Positions 1-9,883 of a DNA stretch of 64,000 bases are shown piece after piece. The stretch's first letter is position 1. Every line of letters begins with the position of its first letter. Origin of the DNA: Spirochaetes bacterium GWB1_60_80 (GTDB lineage Bacteria > Spirochaetota > Spirochaetia > Treponematales > UBA12059); assembly GCA_001829185.1 (NCBI GenBank), contig MIAR01000032.1, positions 80,133 through 144,132 on the forward strand, read 5' to 3'. Under the pieces are notes generated by a model. It searched no databases. It was not told the origin of the DNA and saw only the letters and a list, made by a program, of their open reading frames with translations. Both the position numbers and the translations under genes were made by a program.

Positions 1-720
1 AATTATACTGGCTTGCTTGATGAATTTTGTCTAAGCAACGTTTATATCGATGAACCCGATATCGGTCGCTACTCGCGGGCTGGCGGCTTAGTCGTATCGC
101 CGGTCTTTGACCTTGGTGGTCCTAACACCCGCTTGCAGCGAATCGACATGGCGGCGTCTATCGCCAACGAGGCGGCTGTGCATTGCAGTTATCGCTTGGC
201 GGATTCCAGCCTGGGCTGGACGGAAATGGAACCGGAATGGCAGGCCTTTTTGCCTGGTCAATCACTGGCCATGGCCGGGGCGGCAGAATTTCCGACAGGG
301 CGCTATCTGCAATTGCGCCTTGACTTGTATCCTGATGCCGCGCGCGAAACCACCCCAACCATCAGTGCGCTGGATGTTCATTTTAGGTTGGATGATCTTC
401 CGCCAGCGCCAGCCTTCGTGCGCGCTGTTGCCGGCGATGGTCGAATTACCGTTCAGTGGTCGGCAGTATCAGAGGCTGATGTCCGCGCTTATGTTGTCTA
501 TTACGGTATCAGTCCCGGTTATTACTATGGGACTGGCGCAATCGAGGGCTCCAGCCCTATAATGGTGGCAGATGTACATGCCACTTCACTGGTGTTGACC
601 GGGTTGAGGAATGGCACATTGTATTTTATTGTTGTCGCTGCTATGGACAGTGCCAATCCGCCTCAGGTTGGTGAATTTTCGCAGGAAGTCAGCGCGCGGC
701 CATCAAGGACCACTCAATGA
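1..720 (+). CDS. C-terminal part of a secreted/surface protein with a fibronectin type III-like domain (5-prime end lies outside the window)
   Basis: The frame is open from nt 1. FN3-like segment PPAPAFVRAVAGDGRITVQWSAVSEADVRAYVVYYG...LRNGTLYFIVVAAMD. The stop overlaps the next start (ATGA at 717-720). Confidence 0.6.
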   Translation, partial: NYTGLLDEFCLSNVYIDEPDIGRYSRAGGLVVSPVFDLGGPNTRLQRIDMAASIANEAAVHCSYRLADSSLGWTEMEPEWQAFLPGQSLAMAGAAEFPTGRYLQLRLDLYPDAARETTPTISALDVHFRLDDLPPAPAFVRAVAGDGRITVQWSAVSEADVRAYVVYYGISPGYYYGTGAIEGSSPIMVADVHATSLVLTGLRNGTLYFIVVAAMDSANPPQVGEFSQEVSARPSRTTQ

Positions 721-3700
721 GTACAAGCAACAAGAAACCGGATGATGTTATCAGGGCGGAGAAGGCCCTGAAACTGCGAGATTTTGAGACGGCTGAAAAA
801 CTAGCACGCAAATTGGTACTGGAGAGCCCTTTATCTCGAGATTATCGGATGCTGCTTGGTATGGTTTATTTACGAACCAATCGGCAGGTGGATGCTTTGG
901 CGGCTTTTTCCAGCATTGTGGAAATAAACCCTAAGGATGTCCGAGCCCTGGAAGGCATGGCTATCGCCTATCTTAGGCAAGGCAAGGCGCTGGATGCCCT
1001 GTCTGCCCTGGAGCATGCCATCGATTATGACTCTACCGATGCCGAACTGCTTTACAATTTGGGTAATGTTCATAATGCTTTGGGAAATCTACGAGCGGCG
1101 GAGATGTCGTTTGCCAAAGCGGTAGAAATTGATCCGACGCACGTTATGGCCTACAACAATCTGGGCACCACCTACTTGAATATGAACGATCCAGCCAAGT
1201 CGGTGCAGGTGTTCTGGAAAGGATTGGCGGTAGATCCCAATTATCCTTCTTTCCATTTCAACCTTGGCCTGGCTTATGAAAAAATGTCCAAGATTGCGGA
1301 TGCCTTGAAGGAATACGAGTCGGCCGTTAAAGGGCGACCAGGCTGGATTGAAGCCATGCAACGGTATGGCCAGTGCCTGACCAAGGCCCATGAATACAAG
1401 CGGGCTATCGATACTTTTTCCCAGATCATCACCATTGATCCCTTGAACGCTGCGGCGCGCGATGGCATAGGCCTGTCGTGGGCGGAGGCTGGTAAACCAG
1501 ACGAGGCGGTGCGGTGGTTTCGGAAGGCGCTGGAGGCCGATCCCAAGTACTTGAAGGCGGCCATCAATATTCAGGACGTGCTTGAAAAGACCGGCCGCTT
1601 TGCCGAGGCCGTTGGCGAGTTGCAGTCCTTGGTTGACTTGATGCCTGAAAATGTCGGCCTGCGCATCCAACTGGCCCGCTTGCTGGGAAATCTGGGTCAT
1701 AATGATAGCGCGCTTGACGCAGTTGTCGATGCCTTGCACCGTCAGCCGGAAAATATTATTGCCTTGAAACTTTATGGCAGCCTGTTGCAAAAGACTGGTC
1801 AGACTGACAAGGCGCGAGAAATCTACCGCAAAATCGTCAAGCTTGATCCGCAGGAAGCAGCCTTCCGGGTTGATTTGGCCAAGCTGACCAGGGAAGGCGG
1901 CGATGTCGATACCGCCATCAAAGAACTGGAGAGTTTTCTGGTTTCTCGACCCAAACATGTTGCTGCCAGGCTGGAGTTGGCCAGGGCATGGCGGGACAAG
2001 CAGGAATACCAGCATGCCTTGCAGATTCTCAAGGAGCTGACAGCTGACAAGCCTGATCTGGCGGAAGCTTGGCTTGAGCTTTCTGATATTTACCAGTTAC
2101 TGGGCGATAAGGAAAACGCGGTCAGCGCCGCCGACAAGGTCGTCAACCTGCGGGGTGGGCGGGGTAAAACCGAGGATATGGACAGTCTGTCCGAGTCGCT
2201 GGGCGTATACGAGAAGACTGTACGGGAATATTCCAGTGATATGAAGAAGGCTTGGGATCGGAATATTGACGTGTTACGTCGCGCTATGCAGGTGGAAACT
2301 GAAGCCGCCGAGGATGCCGGACCGATGGGTAACGCCGACGAGGCAGATCTGCTGAATTTACTGCGCAACGAGTCCATTCCTGTTGAGGAAGCCGATGAGC
2401 TTATTTTCCTGAACGAAAGAGAAGAGCCGCTCGACGAAATCGACGCGGCGTTTATTGATGAACCAGCCTTGGAAGACGAGGATGAAGAGCCGAAACTGGA
2501 TGAATTACTGGTGGGCGAAGAGTTGAATGACAATGCCCGTAGCCATGGGGGTTCTGGCGATGGACGTGATGATTCTAGAGGAGCGGACGAAGCGGCTGGA
2601 CAGCCGAATTATCCATCAGGCGCTCCCCCGACGGATTACACTCCGCAGCCTTTGCAGCCTCCGCAGCCACAGCAACCGTTTATACCCCAACCCGCATCGC
2701 CGCAGCAAGTAGCCCTGCCACCACAAACGCCGCCGCCTTATTATCCACCACCGCCCTATAATCCACCGCCAGCGTTTCCTTCAACCCCAACATCACCCGC
2801 CCAGACGGAGGCGACAAATCAGTCTCTAGCGTCGAGCCCAGAAATAAAACCCGATCCTTTCCCCCAGGATCCGCTTGAACTATCGCAGCCGCAGGAAGAC
2901 CTGGATAGTTTGCTGGCTGACTTACCCGATCTACCGGAAGACCGACCTGAAGAATTGCCGGAAGAATTGCCTGATGCCGCCAACGTTGACGAAGAACCTG
3001 GAACGGACGAAGCCTTGAAGCCGTTGTCCGAGGACAATACGGAAGAGCCGCTTGACCTGGCCATTCCTGATGATGAAGGGTTGCTCGATATGGAGTTGCC
3101 GGTCGACGATATTATCGATGATAATTTGTCCGAGGCGCTGGTGGATGAGGACGAGATTCAGGAATATGTGGATGACTTGCCGCTGGACGACTTGGTGTCT
3201 GATACTGAAATGCCTTTGGCCGCTGACGAGTCGATGGGAGACGAGGTGGAGATTACCGAAGAGCCCGACGATATCTGGGATAATGCGGACGAAACCATGG
3301 CGGAAGAGCCAGTCGCTGGCTCTCCTGATGACTCGCTGGCTGAGCAGCCGTGGGGTGGGGCTGAACCGGCCATTGCTTCAGCGAATCTTCCCGGGAGTAG
3401 TTCTCCCGGGCTGGCCACTAAGCCAGTGGACCCAGCCCAGCCTGAATCGGAATTAGCCGAAAAAGCCGCCATCATGAAAGATTTAATGAGCGAGAAAACC
3501 CTGCAGCTGTTTGAATACCTAAAAAATCTGGCTCAATCTTTGCCAGCTGACAAAATTAAAGCGATGGAAGCCCAGGGCATTTCCGAAAGACTCGATTCTA
3601 TTATCAAAACAATTTCCGGTCGGAATAATCCGCCGCCGTCGGTTGAAACCGAGATTTGTGGGGTCAAGGTTTCGGCGCGGCTGGCTAAATTAATCGCCTT

Positions 3701-3731
3701 GATGAAACGGGAGAAGCAGCATGTCGGCTAA
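717..3731 (+). CDS. TPR-repeat protein with a long acidic/proline-rich low-complexity C-terminal half
   Basis: 1004-aa ORF. The N-terminal ~470 aa are tandem TPR-like units (e.g. AYNNLGTTYLNMNDPAKSVQVFWKGLAVDPNY). Residues ~540-900 are D/E- and P-rich (PQPLQPPQPQQPFIPQP, DEDEE runs). Confidence 0.8.
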   Translation: MSTSNKKPDDVIRAEKALKLRDFETAEKLARKLVLESPLSRDYRMLLGMVYLRTNRQVDALAAFSSIVEINPKDVRALEGMAIAYLRQGKALDALSALEHAIDYDSTDAELLYNLGNVHNALGNLRAAEMSFAKAVEIDPTHVMAYNNLGTTYLNMNDPAKSVQVFWKGLAVDPNYPSFHFNLGLAYEKMSKIADALKEYESAVKGRPGWIEAMQRYGQCLTKAHEYKRAIDTFSQIITIDPLNAAARDGIGLSWAEAGKPDEAVRWFRKALEADPKYLKAAINIQDVLEKTGRFAEAVGELQSLVDLMPENVGLRIQLARLLGNLGHNDSALDAVVDALHRQPENIIALKLYGSLLQKTGQTDKAREIYRKIVKLDPQEAAFRVDLAKLTREGGDVDTAIKELESFLVSRPKHVAARLELARAWRDKQEYQHALQILKELTADKPDLAEAWLELSDIYQLLGDKENAVSAADKVVNLRGGRGKTEDMDSLSESLGVYEKTVREYSSDMKKAWDRNIDVLRRAMQVETEAAEDAGPMGNADEADLLNLLRNESIPVEEADELIFLNEREEPLDEIDAAFIDEPALEDEDEEPKLDELLVGEELNDNARSHGGSGDGRDDSRGADEAAGQPNYPSGAPPTDYTPQPLQPPQPQQPFIPQPASPQQVALPPQTPPPYYPPPPYNPPPAFPSTPTSPAQTEATNQSLASSPEIKPDPFPQDPLELSQPQEDLDSLLADLPDLPEDRPEELPEELPDAANVDEEPGTDEALKPLSEDNTEEPLDLAIPDDEGLLDMELPVDDIIDDNLSEALVDEDEIQEYVDDLPLDDLVSDTEMPLAADESMGDEVEITEEPDDIWDNADETMAEEPVAGSPDDSLAEQPWGGAEPAIASANLPGSSSPGLATKPVDPAQPESELAEKAAIMKDLMSEKTLQLFEYLKNLAQSLPADKIKAMEAQGISERLDSIIKTISGRNNPPPSVETEICGVKVSARLAKLIALMKREKQHVG

Positions 3732-4593
3732 CTATATGGTAAAAGTCAAGAATTACCTCAGTTCGATGCCGAGCTTGCCAACAACGGTAACCAAGGTATT
3801 GGAAATTTGTAACAATCCGCGGACCAGCCCTATCGATCTGGACAAGGTTATTTCGTTGGACCCGGTACTGATGGGTAAGGTTCTCAAACTGATTAATTCT
3901 GCCTATTACAGCATGCAGAATCAGGTTACCAGCCTGGTCCGGGCAATCATCATGCTGGGTGTAAACACGGTCAAGAACCTGGCCTTGAGTACGGCGATAT
4001 TGGACAAGATGGTCGATAAAAACGGTTTTCGGGCTTTGAACATGGAGGGCTTCTGGCGGCATTCACTGTGCGTCGGCGTAGTATCCAAGTTAATAGCCAG
4101 GAAGCGGATGGTTGATTCTACCCGCTTGGACGAATATTTCGCGGCTGGCCTGCTCCATGACATCGGTAAAATTCCCTTAAATAATATCCTGTCCGAGGAA
4201 TATCTGCAGGCGATGGGGCTGGCTGATCGGGAACGGATTCCGCTGTATATGGCCGAGAAGCGGGTGTTGAACCTCGATCATGCCGAGACCGGTGCCATGA
4301 TCGCCGAGGTTTGGAAACTGGACAAACCCTTGTCGGACGCCATTAGTTTACATCATGCCTGCGATAGCTACAATGGTTCGAATAAAGAGTTGGTTTTCAC
4401 TGTCGCTGTGGCCGACTATTACGCCAACCGCGAGCGCATCGGTTTTTCTGGATCTGTCCATCCTGACAAAGTGCCTCCCGAAATGTTCGACTTCCTCGGT
4501 ATCGAAAAAGCCTGGTTGGAGGAAATTGACGACTTGGTCAACAAGGAAATCGAGAAGGCTTCCATTTTCCTCAAACTCAAAACAGGAGCTTGA
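3721..4593 (+). CDS. HDOD domain signalling protein
   Basis: LPSLPTTVTKVLEICNNPRTSPIDLDKVISLDPVLMGKVLKLINSAYY and GLLHDIGK are typical HDOD motifs. Overlaps the TPR gene stop by 11 nt. Confidence 0.8.
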   Translation: MSANYMVKVKNYLSSMPSLPTTVTKVLEICNNPRTSPIDLDKVISLDPVLMGKVLKLINSAYYSMQNQVTSLVRAIIMLGVNTVKNLALSTAILDKMVDKNGFRALNMEGFWRHSLCVGVVSKLIARKRMVDSTRLDEYFAAGLLHDIGKIPLNNILSEEYLQAMGLADRERIPLYMAEKRVLNLDHAETGAMIAEVWKLDKPLSDAISLHHACDSYNGSNKELVFTVAVADYYANRERIGFSGSVHPDKVPPEMFDFLGIEKAWLEEIDDLVNKEIEKASIFLKLKTGA

Positions 4594-4594
4594 T

Positions 4595-5512
4595 ATGTTC
4601 AGCGTGACAATTTGGGGCGACCGTGGTTCCATGCCGGTGCCCGGTCCCGATACGGTGGTGTTTGGTGGTAATACCGCCTGTCTTGAGGTGCGTTGCGGCG
4701 AACGGATTATCATAATCGACGCTGGTTCTGGTATCCGCGGCCTGGGCGACTATTTAGTTCGAACCGAATTGAAAAAGGGACCGATTCATGCCGACATTTT
4801 TCTGACCCATACCCATTGGGATCACATCATGGGTTTCCCGATGTTTACACCGATTTACATTCCGGGCACCAGTCTGGAAATCCACGGACCCGTTAATTTT
4901 GAGGATGAAACGCTCGAGCAGATTATTGGAGCTCAGTTGTCGTACCGGTATTGGCCCGTCCGTCAGGATGAGTTGGCCGCAAAAATCAAGTATGAGACTT
5001 TGCGCGAAACGATGCTGGATCTGGGCGATGGCATTAAGCTGCGAACCAAGTATCTCAATCATCCGGTGTTATGTCTGGGCTACCGTATTGAATACGAAGG
5101 CAAGTCTTTTGTCACGATTTTTGACCACGAACCCTACGTCAATCTGTTTCCGACTAACCCGACTCATCCCGATTACGACGCGGCTATTGCCTTGGAAGGC
5201 GATACTGCGGCCAGGGAAGAGAACGCCAAGATCGAGAATTTTTACAGTGACGCCAATGTACTGATTCATGATACCCAATATTCCGCCAAAGAATACCGCG
5301 CTGGTAAAAGTGGCTGGGGACATTCGTCGTATGAATATGCCATTAATGCCGCCAATCGCAGCCGGGTTAAGAAATTGCTCCTCTTTCACCATGATCCTAA
5401 TCGTACCGACACCGAGTTGCAGGAACTGGAGTTGTTCTATCAGGCCAAGCTTGCCAGGTTAACCGCCATGGAAATCCACATGGCAAGGGAAGGCCTGAAG
5501 GTGATAATTTGA
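4595..5512 (+). CDS. MBL-fold metallo-hydrolase
   Basis: HxHxDH motif (LTHTHWDHIMG). Start moved to ATG 4595 (residue 81 of track ORF 4355..5512), 1 nt after the HDOD stop. The upstream part of the track ORF lies inside the HDOD gene. Confidence 0.8.
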   Translation: MFSVTIWGDRGSMPVPGPDTVVFGGNTACLEVRCGERIIIIDAGSGIRGLGDYLVRTELKKGPIHADIFLTHTHWDHIMGFPMFTPIYIPGTSLEIHGPVNFEDETLEQIIGAQLSYRYWPVRQDELAAKIKYETLRETMLDLGDGIKLRTKYLNHPVLCLGYRIEYEGKSFVTIFDHEPYVNLFPTNPTHPDYDAAIALEGDTAAREENAKIENFYSDANVLIHDTQYSAKEYRAGKSGWGHSSYEYAINAANRSRVKKLLLFHHDPNRTDTELQELELFYQAKLARLTAMEIHMAREGLKVII

Positions 5513-6483
5513 CGACGGAGAAAGCGGCCGCCGCCCCACCGAGCCTGTTGTATCGTTTACGGAAGGTACTACGCGAAGGCTTACGAGCCGGGTTGAAATC
5601 GTGTTTGTTCCTGCTCAAGATTGCGGTGCCGGTGAGCCTGGCGGTGTCTCTGCTTAATTATACCGGTGTCCTGGCCTTACTGGCCGGTTTGATAAATCCT
5701 TTGATGACCTTGCTTGGCCTGCGCGGCGAGGCGGCTCTGGTTATCGTCACGTCAATTCTGTTGAACAACTATAGCGCCATCGCCGTCGTGCAGACACTGG
5801 AGTTTAGTGGTCGCGAAGTGACGATTCTGGCCGTGATGTGCCTCATAGCGCATAATATGCTGGTGGAGACGGCTGTGATGAAAACCATCGGCTCGTCGGT
5901 TTGGAAGATGGCCATCCTGCGTATCGGTACGGCCATCGCGGCGGCCTTTCTCTTGAACCTGCTTTTACCGGATGCCATCGACGTCAACTACAGTGCGGTG
6001 ACGGTGGGTGGACGAGTCGCCTTTGGGCCATATTTGTACAGTTGGCTGGTAGCAACCGCTGGCTTGGTGCTGAAGATTGTGGTGTTTGTTTTTGCCATCA
6101 TGATATTGCAACGCCTGCTGGAGGAATTCCGGATTACTTATTTTCTGTCCCGGCTATTTGCGCCGTTGATGCGCTTGTTTGGCTTGTCAAGGGAAAGCAG
6201 TTTTTTGTGGATCGTTATTAACACCATCGGTTATGCCTATGGCGCGGCCGTAATCATGGATCAGGTCAAGGGTGGCGCGATGCGTCCGCAGGAGGCCGAT
6301 CTGTTCAATCACCATGCCGCTATTTCACATAGCCTGCTGGAAGACAGCTTGTTATGGTGGGCGATTGGCGTGCCACTTTTCTGGTTGGTGATACCACGAG
6401 TGGTTCTAGCTGTGGTTGTGGTGTGGTTGGAACGGTTGCGCCGGCATCTCTTTAAGAGTTCATTCCGAGTTGGCACGGTTTAA
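5509..6483 (+). CDS. Polytopic membrane protein, nucleoside-recognition (Gate) domain-like
   Basis: 324-aa hydrophobic ORF (LKIAVPVSLAVSLLNYTGVLALLAGLINPLMTLLGLRGEAALVI...). TTG start overlaps the previous stop by 4 nt. The family call is by resemblance only. Confidence 0.5.
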   Translation: MTTEKAAAAPPSLLYRLRKVLREGLRAGLKSCLFLLKIAVPVSLAVSLLNYTGVLALLAGLINPLMTLLGLRGEAALVIVTSILLNNYSAIAVVQTLEFSGREVTILAVMCLIAHNMLVETAVMKTIGSSVWKMAILRIGTAIAAAFLLNLLLPDAIDVNYSAVTVGGRVAFGPYLYSWLVATAGLVLKIVVFVFAIMILQRLLEEFRITYFLSRLFAPLMRLFGLSRESSFLWIVINTIGYAYGAAVIMDQVKGGAMRPQEADLFNHHAAISHSLLEDSLLWWAIGVPLFWLVIPRVVLAVVVVWLERLRRHLFKSSFRVGTV

Positions 6484-6536
6484 AAAAGCTGGTCAGGCTT
6501 GGTCGGACCGTTGGCAAGATGTGCCAAGCGGCTGTT

Positions 6537-7484
6537 TCAGCCACCCTGAAATGTTAACCAGCCAACCACGACACGGGCGGCCGAAACTAGACCAGTCACT
6601 TCCAGGATTAGGGCTACTGCCAGCAGAATCAGCCATAGACTACGGCCAGGAGTAAACAAGCGACGCTTGCGAAAGAGAGGAATACTGACCGAGACGGCTA
6701 GTAAACCGAGCCAGATCAGTGTTGTTGCCAGCTTGACGCCTGTCGGGTTGGCGGCCAAGGCAGTCTGCAGCGCATAACCCAGGCGCAAGGCGCTACTGTT
6801 CAGCGCCGTCAGGCGGCCGAGTACCATCAGCGCCCCCAGACCAATCAGCAGCAGTCCGGAGGCGATCTTGATGGGCCGTCGGTAGTCGCGCATCCAGCGT
6901 AGTATCCCGCCCAGGCGCGGGAAAAACAAACCGGCCAGGACAAAGGGTAAACCCAATCCAAGCGAGTAGGTAAGCAACAGGAGCAGGGCTTGGGCAGCGC
7001 TGCCGGCCTGCGCCGCGAGCAGCAGAATAGAGGCCAGCATTGGCCCGATGCAAGGGGTCCAGCCGGCGCCAAAGGCCATGCCGACCACGAAGGCGTCAGC
7101 GGCGTTGACCGGTTTACTCTGGGCATGACTGCGTAGTTCGATATTCAGGAAACCGATGAAATTGAACAAGATGTTGAAACCAAATACCATGATTATGCTA
7201 CCGGCCGCGATGCTGATGATGCGACTGGCTTGCCCAGTCAGGAACATGCTGCCACCGGCGAATATCAGGCCGAGCAGGCTGAAGACCAGCGAGAATCCAG
7301 CCACGAAAAACAGCGTCCGCATAAGTACGGTACGCCGCTCCTGGCCGCTGCCTAGTTCCTCCAAGGTTCGGCCACTGATGAACGACAAGTATCCGGGTAT
7401 GATGGGCAGTATGCACGGCGACAGGAAAGACAATAAACCGGCCACGAAAGCAGCTGGAAAGCTGACGGCTCCGAAAGCTGTCAT
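6537..7484 (-). CDS. ccdA: CcdA/DsbD-family cytochrome c biogenesis thiol:disulfide transmembrane reductant transporter, with a C-terminal hydrophobic extension
   Basis: LSFLSPCILPIIPGYLSFISG and GAGWTPCIGPMLASIL are the two conserved Cys motifs of CcdA. The start overlaps the stop of the upstream TlpA-like gene by 4 nt. Confidence 0.75.
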   Translation of the reverse strand: MTAFGAVSFPAAFVAGLLSFLSPCILPIIPGYLSFISGRTLEELGSGQERRTVLMRTLFFVAGFSLVFSLLGLIFAGGSMFLTGQASRIISIAAGSIIMVFGFNILFNFIGFLNIELRSHAQSKPVNAADAFVVGMAFGAGWTPCIGPMLASILLLAAQAGSAAQALLLLLTYSLGLGLPFVLAGLFFPRLGGILRWMRDYRRPIKIASGLLLIGLGALMVLGRLTALNSSALRLGYALQTALAANPTGVKLATTLIWLGLLAVSVSIPLFRKRRLFTPGRSLWLILLAVALILEVTGLVSAARVVVGWLTFQGG

Positions 7485-8125
7485 GGTAGGATGTCGATCA
7501 GCTCGCGCATCATTTGTAGGAAGGCTGGCGTATCGTACATCTGGGAACCGATGAAGCCACCTAGAGCGCGGCCTTGTTTATCGAGGATATAGGTGGTAGG
7601 AATGCCGCGACTGGCAAAAACCGAGCCGACATCATTGGGTGTATCCAGATACATGGGAAAGGTATAGGGGAATTCGGCCAGAAACTGGTGGACGGTAGTC
7701 GCGCTTTCGCCAACGCTGATGGCGAAGACGGTGAATGGCTCGGCGGATAGTTCATCCTGCAGGTTTTGGATGGACGGCATTTCGGCACGGCAAGGTGGGC
7801 ACCAGGTGGCCCAAAAATTGAGCAAAACTAGCTTGCCTGCTACGCTGTCGATGGTGGTCGGTATGCCATCCAGGTTGGTTACGCTGAAGGCGGGCAGGGG
7901 GCGCGGCGGATTAAAAACCGAGAAGCCGGCGGCTTCCAAGAGTTGCACCCAGCGAGGTGCTGGATTGGCATTGACGGCGACGGTTTGGCTCGGGGTTGTG
8001 CCTTGGCTGGCCTGGTCGACAGTTTGATCTATAGCATCGTACTTTGGCGCGCAGCCGAGCACCAAGCTCAGAAGACTTCCTGCCAAGAGCAGTCGAGCCA
8101 ACGTGATCTTGACGATTCGTGACAT
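7481..8125 (-). CDS. TlpA/ResA-like thioredoxin-fold thiol:disulfide oxidoreductase lipoprotein
   Basis: WATWCPPCRAEMP active site. Lipobox LVLGC. SD GGGAGG upstream of ATG 8125. Confidence 0.8.
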   Translation of the reverse strand: MSRIVKITLARLLLAGSLLSLVLGCAPKYDAIDQTVDQASQGTTPSQTVAVNANPAPRWVQLLEAAGFSVFNPPRPLPAFSVTNLDGIPTTIDSVAGKLVLLNFWATWCPPCRAEMPSIQNLQDELSAEPFTVFAISVGESATTVHQFLAEFPYTFPMYLDTPNDVGSVFASRGIPTTYILDKQGRALGGFIGSQMYDTPAFLQMMRELIDILP

Positions 8126-8242
8126 GGAACCTCCCTAAAAACATCGACACAAATATATGGTTTTTTGCATATTAAGGCAAGCAGCTGTAATTAAAAACCC
8201 TAACCATATTGCAGGCTTCAGCGTTGCTTATCGCTCCAGCAG

Positions 8243-8272
8243 TTGTATTTATTGGTACATACCACTTATAGT
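8243..8272 (+). promoter_or_regulatory. Candidate sigma70-type promoter for the leaderless AlkZ/YcaQ-like gene
   Basis: TTGTAT (8243-8248), 18 nt spacer, TATAGT (8267-8272), then 6 nt (cttggt) and ATG 8279. No SD. Confidence 0.4.
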
Positions 8273-8278
8273 CTTGGT

Positions 8279-9463
8279 ATGGCGATTTTGAAATTGACAC
8301 TTGAGCAAGCTCGCCGGTTTTTAGCGCGCAAGCAGGGCTTGCTAGGCAAACCACGCTTTTCGGGAAAGACTGGCGTCCTGGAGTATGTCAAGCAAGCTGG
8401 CTGTATCCAGTTCGATCCTGTTGATGTGTGCGGCAAGAATGCTGAGATAGTACTGCAGTCCAGGGTTGCTGGATTCGACAAGGCGCACTTGTCCAGTTTA
8501 CTGTACAAAGAACGGCGCTTAGTGGATTACTTCGATAAGAATTTGGCCATCTGGGCGGTAGAAGATTGGCCGTTTTTTGAACGCATCAGGCAACGCTATC
8601 GCCTCGCCCTGCGTGGCCACGAGAGCGTCGAGCCGGTGCTGGAATCAGTCAGGCACTTGCTCTGCGAACGAGGGCCGCTCTGCTCAAAAGATATCGAGTT
8701 ACATGATAAGGTAGACTGGTATTGGAGCACGACTCGCCTGGCGAGGGCCACCCTGGAGACACTTTATTTTCGAGGCGAGGCGGTAGTGCATCACAAGAAG
8801 AACACGGTTAAGTACTATGCTTTGGCAGGCGATTGCTTGCCGAAGGCTGTACTTGAGGCAGCTGATCCTCATGTCGAGGAGCTGGATTTCCTGGCTTGGC
8901 GGGTTCGACGGCGGATTGGCGCGGTTGGATTGCTTTGGAATCGCGCCTCCGATGCCTGGTTGTTTATCGATGGGCTGAAGGCGAGTCAGCGTGAAGCGGT
9001 TTTTACTAAATTGCTGGCTGATGCGGCCATCATGCCGCTCATGGTTGATGGGTTGAAGGCTGCGTTGTACTGCCTAACCGAAGATGTTCCCTTGCTGGAG
9101 GCTAGTCTTGTCGAGCGAGGCTGGCAGCCGCGGGTGGAATTGTTGGCGCCGCTGGATGGCTTCCTGTGGGACCGGAAGCTTCTGAAAGCCTTGTTTGATT
9201 TTGACTATACCTGGGAAATCTACACCCCGGCTGAAAGGCGACGCTACAGCCAATACACTCTGCCAGTTTTCCAGAGCGCTGGGTTTATTGGTCGGGCCGA
9301 AATCATGGCAGACCGCAAGCAAGGACGTCTGCGCGTGATGCATTATTGGCCGGAAAACGGCTTGTCGCCCAAGGATGAGGAACGAGCGGTCTTAATCGAT
9401 TGCTTTGACCGCTTTCGGCGTTTTCACGGACTGGCAGAGTTGGACTTGCCGGCTGGTTTCTAA
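8279..9463 (+). CDS. Winged-helix DNA glycosylase of the AlkZ/YcaQ (interstrand-crosslink unhooking) family
   Basis: N-terminus LTLEQARRFLARKQGLLG and motif GCIQFDPV (Q-hydrophobic-D as in YcaQ). Start taken at ATG 8279 (residue 13 of the track ORF). Confidence 0.65.
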   Translation: MAILKLTLEQARRFLARKQGLLGKPRFSGKTGVLEYVKQAGCIQFDPVDVCGKNAEIVLQSRVAGFDKAHLSSLLYKERRLVDYFDKNLAIWAVEDWPFFERIRQRYRLALRGHESVEPVLESVRHLLCERGPLCSKDIELHDKVDWYWSTTRLARATLETLYFRGEAVVHHKKNTVKYYALAGDCLPKAVLEAADPHVEELDFLAWRVRRRIGAVGLLWNRASDAWLFIDGLKASQREAVFTKLLADAAIMPLMVDGLKAALYCLTEDVPLLEASLVERGWQPRVELLAPLDGFLWDRKLLKALFDFDYTWEIYTPAERRRYSQYTLPVFQSAGFIGRAEIMADRKQGRLRVMHYWPENGLSPKDEERAVLIDCFDRFRRFHGLAELDLPAGF

Positions 9464-9465
9464 AA

Positions 9466-9759
9466 TCAATGACCAGGCTTGCTGACCCGACCGGTCGGTG
9501 AGACGGTCCAGCCTTCCTGTTCCAACAGTCCGCGCTGGATTTCCAGGCCGCCTCCCGGTGGCAACGCGATGCACCCATCAGCCTTCACGACACGCCACCA
9601 GGGCAATCCTTGCTCTGTCGAACAGCTGTGAAGCAAGCGGGCGACTTGCCTGGCACCATTGGGCAACCCGATAGCGGCCGCGATGCGTCCGTAACTATTG
9701 ATTGACCCGGTGGCTATGGCTTTGATGGCTGCAATCAGACGCTGGCTGGTTTCTGTCAT
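9466..9759 (-). CDS. Alkyltransferase-like (ATL) protein, MGMT-family DNA-binding domain without the acceptor cysteine
   Basis: YGRIAAAIGLPNGARQVARLL...LPWWRVV. Trp occupies the position of the PCHR cysteine. Start moved to ATG 9759 (residue 20) because the upstream part of the track ORF is AT-rich promoter-like sequence. Confidence 0.65.
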   Translation of the reverse strand: MTETSQRLIAAIKAIATGSINSYGRIAAAIGLPNGARQVARLLHSCSTEQGLPWWRVVKADGCIALPPGGGLEIQRGLLEQEGWTVSPTGRVSKPGH

Positions 9760-9765
9760 AGCCTG

Positions 9766-9794
9766 ATTTTTACTCAAGGTTCTATTAATTGCAA
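9766..9794 (-). promoter_or_regulatory. Candidate promoter for the leaderless ATL gene
   Basis: Minus strand: TTGCAA (9794-9789), 17 nt, AAAAAT (9771-9766), 6 nt, ATG 9759. Confidence 0.35.
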
Positions 9795-9883
9795 GTCTTT
9801 TTATTGAGTTAGACAATTATTTGAGTTTTGTCATTTTTACTATTGAAACGATAAACTTTTCCTTGTACTATTAGGCAGTAACC

